Shown piece by piece: positions 17,417 to 20,000 of a DNA stretch of 20,000 bases. A program made the translations under genes and the position numbers. Position 1 is the stretch's first letter. Every line of letters begins with the position of its first letter. Below the pieces are notes generated by a model. That model made no database searches, was not told the origin of the DNA, and worked only from the letters and a program-made list of their open reading frames with translations. Source of the DNA: an uncultured virus (IMG/VR IMGVR_UViG_2236876025_000003). Lineage: Duplodnaviria; Heunggongvirae; Uroviricota; Caudoviricetes. The stretch lies in IMG/VR virus record IMGVR_UViG_2236876025_000003; one strand, written 5' to 3'.

Positions 17417-17807
17417 ACAGACACTATACTACTATATCGACGTAAACGACATCGTAAATGACACCGCACCGGAAGTCAGCATAAACACCTATACCATAAC
17501 AATACCCGACGTCGTAAACGGCAATATAAAATTCAGACACGAAGACCGCATGAACATACGCGTCAACTATAACGACGGTCATGGCAAACCATGGGCACAG
17601 TTCCTGAACATATGCGACAACCTACAGATAAGGCTCGTCACGAACGAACATGTCCACCCGAACAAAATCCTCATGAACTGGACCAAACTGGACAAAAATA
17701 CAATACACTATATCGCAAACATACTAGAACTGGCCATCGCCATCCACAGAATCGATAAACTAAAAGATACGCCATGTATAACGAACAGCCAGAACAATAC
17801 TATATAA
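17382..17807 (+). CDS. Hypothetical protein, 141 aa
   Basis: Overlapping, tiling ORF in the early operon. Confidence 0.75.
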   Translation: MRIYIRKFEDRKQTLYYYIDVNDIVNDTAPEVSINTYTITIPDVVNGNIKFRHEDRMNIRVNYNDGHGKPWAQFLNICDNLQIRLVTNEHVHPNKILMNWTKLDKNTIHYIANILELAIAIHRIDKLKDTPCITNSQNNTI

Positions 17808-18283
17808 AATACATCAGAAACCACTTCAAAAAACTAAAGAACAGTCCGGCAGGTTTCAACGTATGCGAATCATACGACTACATCAAGTCTAATCTGGACT
17901 TCATAACGCTCGACTGCTGCCGTAGAGGAAAACCCGACATCTTTGCCAACTACGCCATATTCCATAAAAACAATTCATGGGAAGTCAGCGTTTCATCACT
18001 CTATACAGATATCAAAGCAGATATCAAAGAATTATCTATCATAAAAGTACAGTGGATGCTGCCACAGAAGCTGCTCGCCCGCGAATCTTTCAAATTCGAT
18101 TCCGCCCTGGACCTCATAAACTTCATCGATGCCGTACCGGTAGAAGAAATCATATCCAACTTGACCGCCATAACCTTCATACAGAAAGACGACAATACGA
18201 TAGAACCGAATCCAACAGACATGGCAAAAATGCTACAGTTCAGAAACGAACTCCAACTCCGCGCCGCGATGTCATCCCTATAA
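17774..18283 (+). CDS. Hypothetical protein, 169 aa
   Basis: Overlapping, tiling ORF ending at the repeat region. Confidence 0.75.
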   Translation: MYNEQPEQYYIKYIRNHFKKLKNSPAGFNVCESYDYIKSNLDFITLDCCRRGKPDIFANYAIFHKNNSWEVSVSSLYTDIKADIKELSIIKVQWMLPQKLLARESFKFDSALDLINFIDAVPVEEIISNLTAITFIQKDDNTIEPNPTDMAKMLQFRNELQLRAAMSSL

Positions 18284-18470
18284 AAACCGGACCGGATTGC
18301 AAAAAATTTTTAAAAAATTTTTCAAATGACATCATTTCCAAAATTACGCCCGCCCGGGGGGAAAATTTCCCGTATACCGAAAAACCGAAAACCGATAATA
18401 GGATTAACCGAAACCGAAAACCGGATTAACCGAAAAATTTTAAAAAATTTTTTATTTTTAGAAGAGACCG
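18284..18470. repeat. Same-strand ACCG repeat array with duplicated A/T palindromic block
   Basis: ACCG at 18286, 18291, 18376, 18384, 18391, 18407, 18413, 18420, 18429 and 18467. GGATTAACCGAAA twice. ACCGGATT..AAAAATTTT(T)AAAAAATTTTT at 18291-18322 and 18420-18453. Confidence 0.85.
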
Positions 18471-18591
18471 ACACACACGGCAAGATGCGCCACTAAAGCC
18501 CCCGGCCTGTCGGACGCCGAGGTTTAATGCCTATAGGGACCTAAACACATTTTTTTGAAGCCCGATCTCAATTTGCACTGGGGTGTCACGG

Positions 18592-18647
18592 ATAGGGGGG
18601 CCCCCGGGGGGGGCGCCCCCCCTATTTTGACGTCGGAAATGACGTCG
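18592..18647. repeat. G/C homopolymer palindrome cluster followed by TGACGTCG direct repeat
   Basis: ATAGGGGGG-CCCCCGGGGGGGGCGC-CCCCCCTAT, containing the perfect palindrome G7-CG-C7 (18607-18622). TGACGTCG at 18628 and 18640. Confidence 0.85.
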
Positions 18648-18771
18648 TGAAACTTGACATATCTGAGTTATATCGTCACAGATCCCGTCGATATCTCAGG
18701 CATTTTGACAGACATGCCGACGGTCGTCGTGTCGGGTACAGTGTCAGACAGTATGACGACGGCAGGGACGG

Positions 18772-18802
18772 GTTTACGAACTCAGGTACAATAACTATAT
18801 TT
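18772..18802 (+). promoter_or_regulatory. Early-type promoter
   Basis: TTTACG (18773-18778) - 17 bp - TATATT (18796-18801); ATG 18809 follows after 7 nt. Confidence 0.7.
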
Positions 18803-18808
18803 GTTCTC

Positions 18809-19129
18809 ATGAATGTATGGATCACTCGCAAACGAGACTGGACCAAGTCAGGACCGGAACAGGTATACCTGACTTGCGCGAATGGGTTCTATCCCGGAGC
18901 TTTCACGAAGACTTCCGATGCCGTAATGCATTTCGCAGGAATTGAATGCACAGATGCGAATTTCCGTATACCGGATAAAGCCGTCCTAGATTGGTATTAT
19001 GTATATCCAGGAGATACGGTAATATACTGGAAAGACGGCACAAGCTATTGGAACAAGGTCAATACCGAGTCAGATGCGATTTCCCTGTGTAACGAGATGA
19101 GTTTTTTACTGGATCTGGCGAGGATATGA
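18809..19129 (+). CDS. Hypothetical early protein, 106 aa (paralog of next gene)
   Basis: Start moved from GTG 18647 to ATG 18809 on promoter geometry. C-terminus VYPG..GTSY..NEMSFLLDLARI. Confidence 0.75.
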   Translation: MNVWITRKRDWTKSGPEQVYLTCANGFYPGAFTKTSDAVMHFAGIECTDANFRIPDKAVLDWYYVYPGDTVIYWKDGTSYWNKVNTESDAISLCNEMSFLLDLARI

Positions 19130-19419
19130 TTTGTCACGTAACAACGCATATGGGACTTACAGATAGGATGGAAACAGTTACGTCGCTGGAGATGAACCAG
19201 GAGACAGGAGGGATGGACATCAATGGCGTAAGGGATTCGATTCCCGATACCAGTCCCGATCTGCCGATATTCCCTATGGACACCATCGTAGTGTACCCGG
19301 ACACGATGCTGGAATTCCTCTGTAAAGGCAAGTCGTATTCGTACAGGGTCAGGAACAAGCCCGACATGTACAGGATAATCAGCGAGGTCAATTTCCTGCT
19401 AGAGCTGGAGAAGATATGA
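19126..19419 (+). CDS. Hypothetical early protein, 97 aa (paralog of previous gene)
   Basis: ATGA overlap. C-terminus VYPD..GKSY..SEVNFLLELEKI. Confidence 0.8.
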   Translation: MICHVTTHMGLTDRMETVTSLEMNQETGGMDINGVRDSIPDTSPDLPIFPMDTIVVYPDTMLEFLCKGKSYSYRVRNKPDMYRIISEVNFLLELEKI

Positions 19420-19832
19420 TAGTAAAGGTAGCGACAGTAGAGGTACATAAGTTTCTGGCGAATGCCAAGAAATTTCTGCTGGAAGAAGCGGATAAAGGCA
19501 TTGCTCGCAGTATGGGAGAAATTCCGGATTACATGTGGGATTTCGTGTGCAGCAAGGTGACAGATGTCAAACATAACAGTAATTTCGCGGGTCTGTACGA
19601 GATTGCGGGTACGATTGCCGAATGCGATACCGAGAATAAGACAGTGAAGCCGGAGAAGGAGAATGTCCAATACCTTTGGATGATCCCGGCCGTATTCTAC
19701 GTGAAGGACGACATTACCGGTACGGACGGGTTAAGCTATGTCGAGACCAGAGGAGCGGCGAACGTATTCATTAACGAGATGCAGGTACGCATCGGCCTGA
19801 ACAAGGCTCTGGAGGAAGCAGATGAAGTGTAA
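19416..19832 (+). CDS. Hypothetical protein, 138 aa
   Basis: ATGA overlap with the previous gene. Confidence 0.8.
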   Translation: MIVKVATVEVHKFLANAKKFLLEEADKGIARSMGEIPDYMWDFVCSKVTDVKHNSNFAGLYEIAGTIAECDTENKTVKPEKENVQYLWMIPAVFYVKDDITGTDGLSYVETRGAANVFINEMQVRIGLNKALEEADEV

Positions 19833-20000
19833 GACAGAGACAGTGATCGGCGTGCAGGATTCGATGGAGAATGTCCTTTCCCTGGAGAAGATAGCAGATG
19901 CAGGAGGATTCTGGATATCGGGCATCAAGGAGCAGATCGGGGACCAGGTGCGCGTCGGCCGGATCGCCCTGCACCTCGGGGCGAAGGTCGTATTCACCGG
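19822..20000 (+). CDS. Hypothetical protein, 3'-truncated by window edge
   Basis: ATG 19822 opens a frame with no stop to the end of the window: MKCKTETVIGVQDSMENVLSLEKIADAGGFW... Confidence 0.65.
   Translation, partial: MKCKTETVIGVQDSMENVLSLEKIADAGGFWISGIKEQIGDQVRVGRIALHLGAKVVFT

Noticed and set aside
17977..18429. 150 aa alternative-frame ORF extending into the repeat region
   Set aside because: It overlaps a better ORF, is Arg-rich, and is explained by stop depletion in skewed sequence.
18284..18470. Possible CRISPR array
   Set aside because: The repeats are 4-13 bp or a single duplicated block, with no regular repeat-spacer period and no cas genes.
18647..18808. 54 aa N-terminal extension of the ORF starting at GTG 18647
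   Set aside because: It runs through the repeat region and the promoter at 18772-18802; ATG 18809 fits the promoter geometry and the paralog length.
1..20000. None of the called complete genes ends in TAG, hinting at stop-codon recoding
   Set aside because: Genes are full length and tile the window under the standard code, with no TAG-interrupted genes seen. TAG avoidance is common in AT-rich phages.

Overview
A gene-dense 20 kb segment of a large, T4-like (probably jumbo) myophage genome. Recognisable genes are a gp13-like neck protein (3' end only), a small HNH protein, a degenerate metallophosphoesterase, a tandem double-GroES co-chaperonin, DUF3310, SpoVG, ClpP, translation initiation factor IF-1 and a family B DNA polymerase with several large insertions. 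Two promoter classes can be read directly: a T4 late-type TATAAATA and a sigma70/T4-early-like GTTTAC(A/G)-N16/17-TATATT. Most stand so close to the ATG that the mRNAs should be leaderless. The main finding is a set of four late-transcribed genes whose products begin with a T4-type capsid-targeting-like peptide (MKxxxxF/LxxE). Three carry ADP-ribosyltransferase motifs (two R-S-ExE paralogs, one KptA-like), and two seem to share a beta-repeat C-terminal module, which suggests an arsenal of virion-packaged, injected effectors. One of them faces an early-type antisense promoter embedded in its terminator. At 18284-18770 a non-coding stretch rich in repeats and palindromes coincides with a C-rich to G-rich skew switch (candidate replication origin or genome end) and is flanked by small early genes sharing a C-terminal FLL(D/E)LxxI motif. 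All family calls come from motif recognition by eye; no searches were run.
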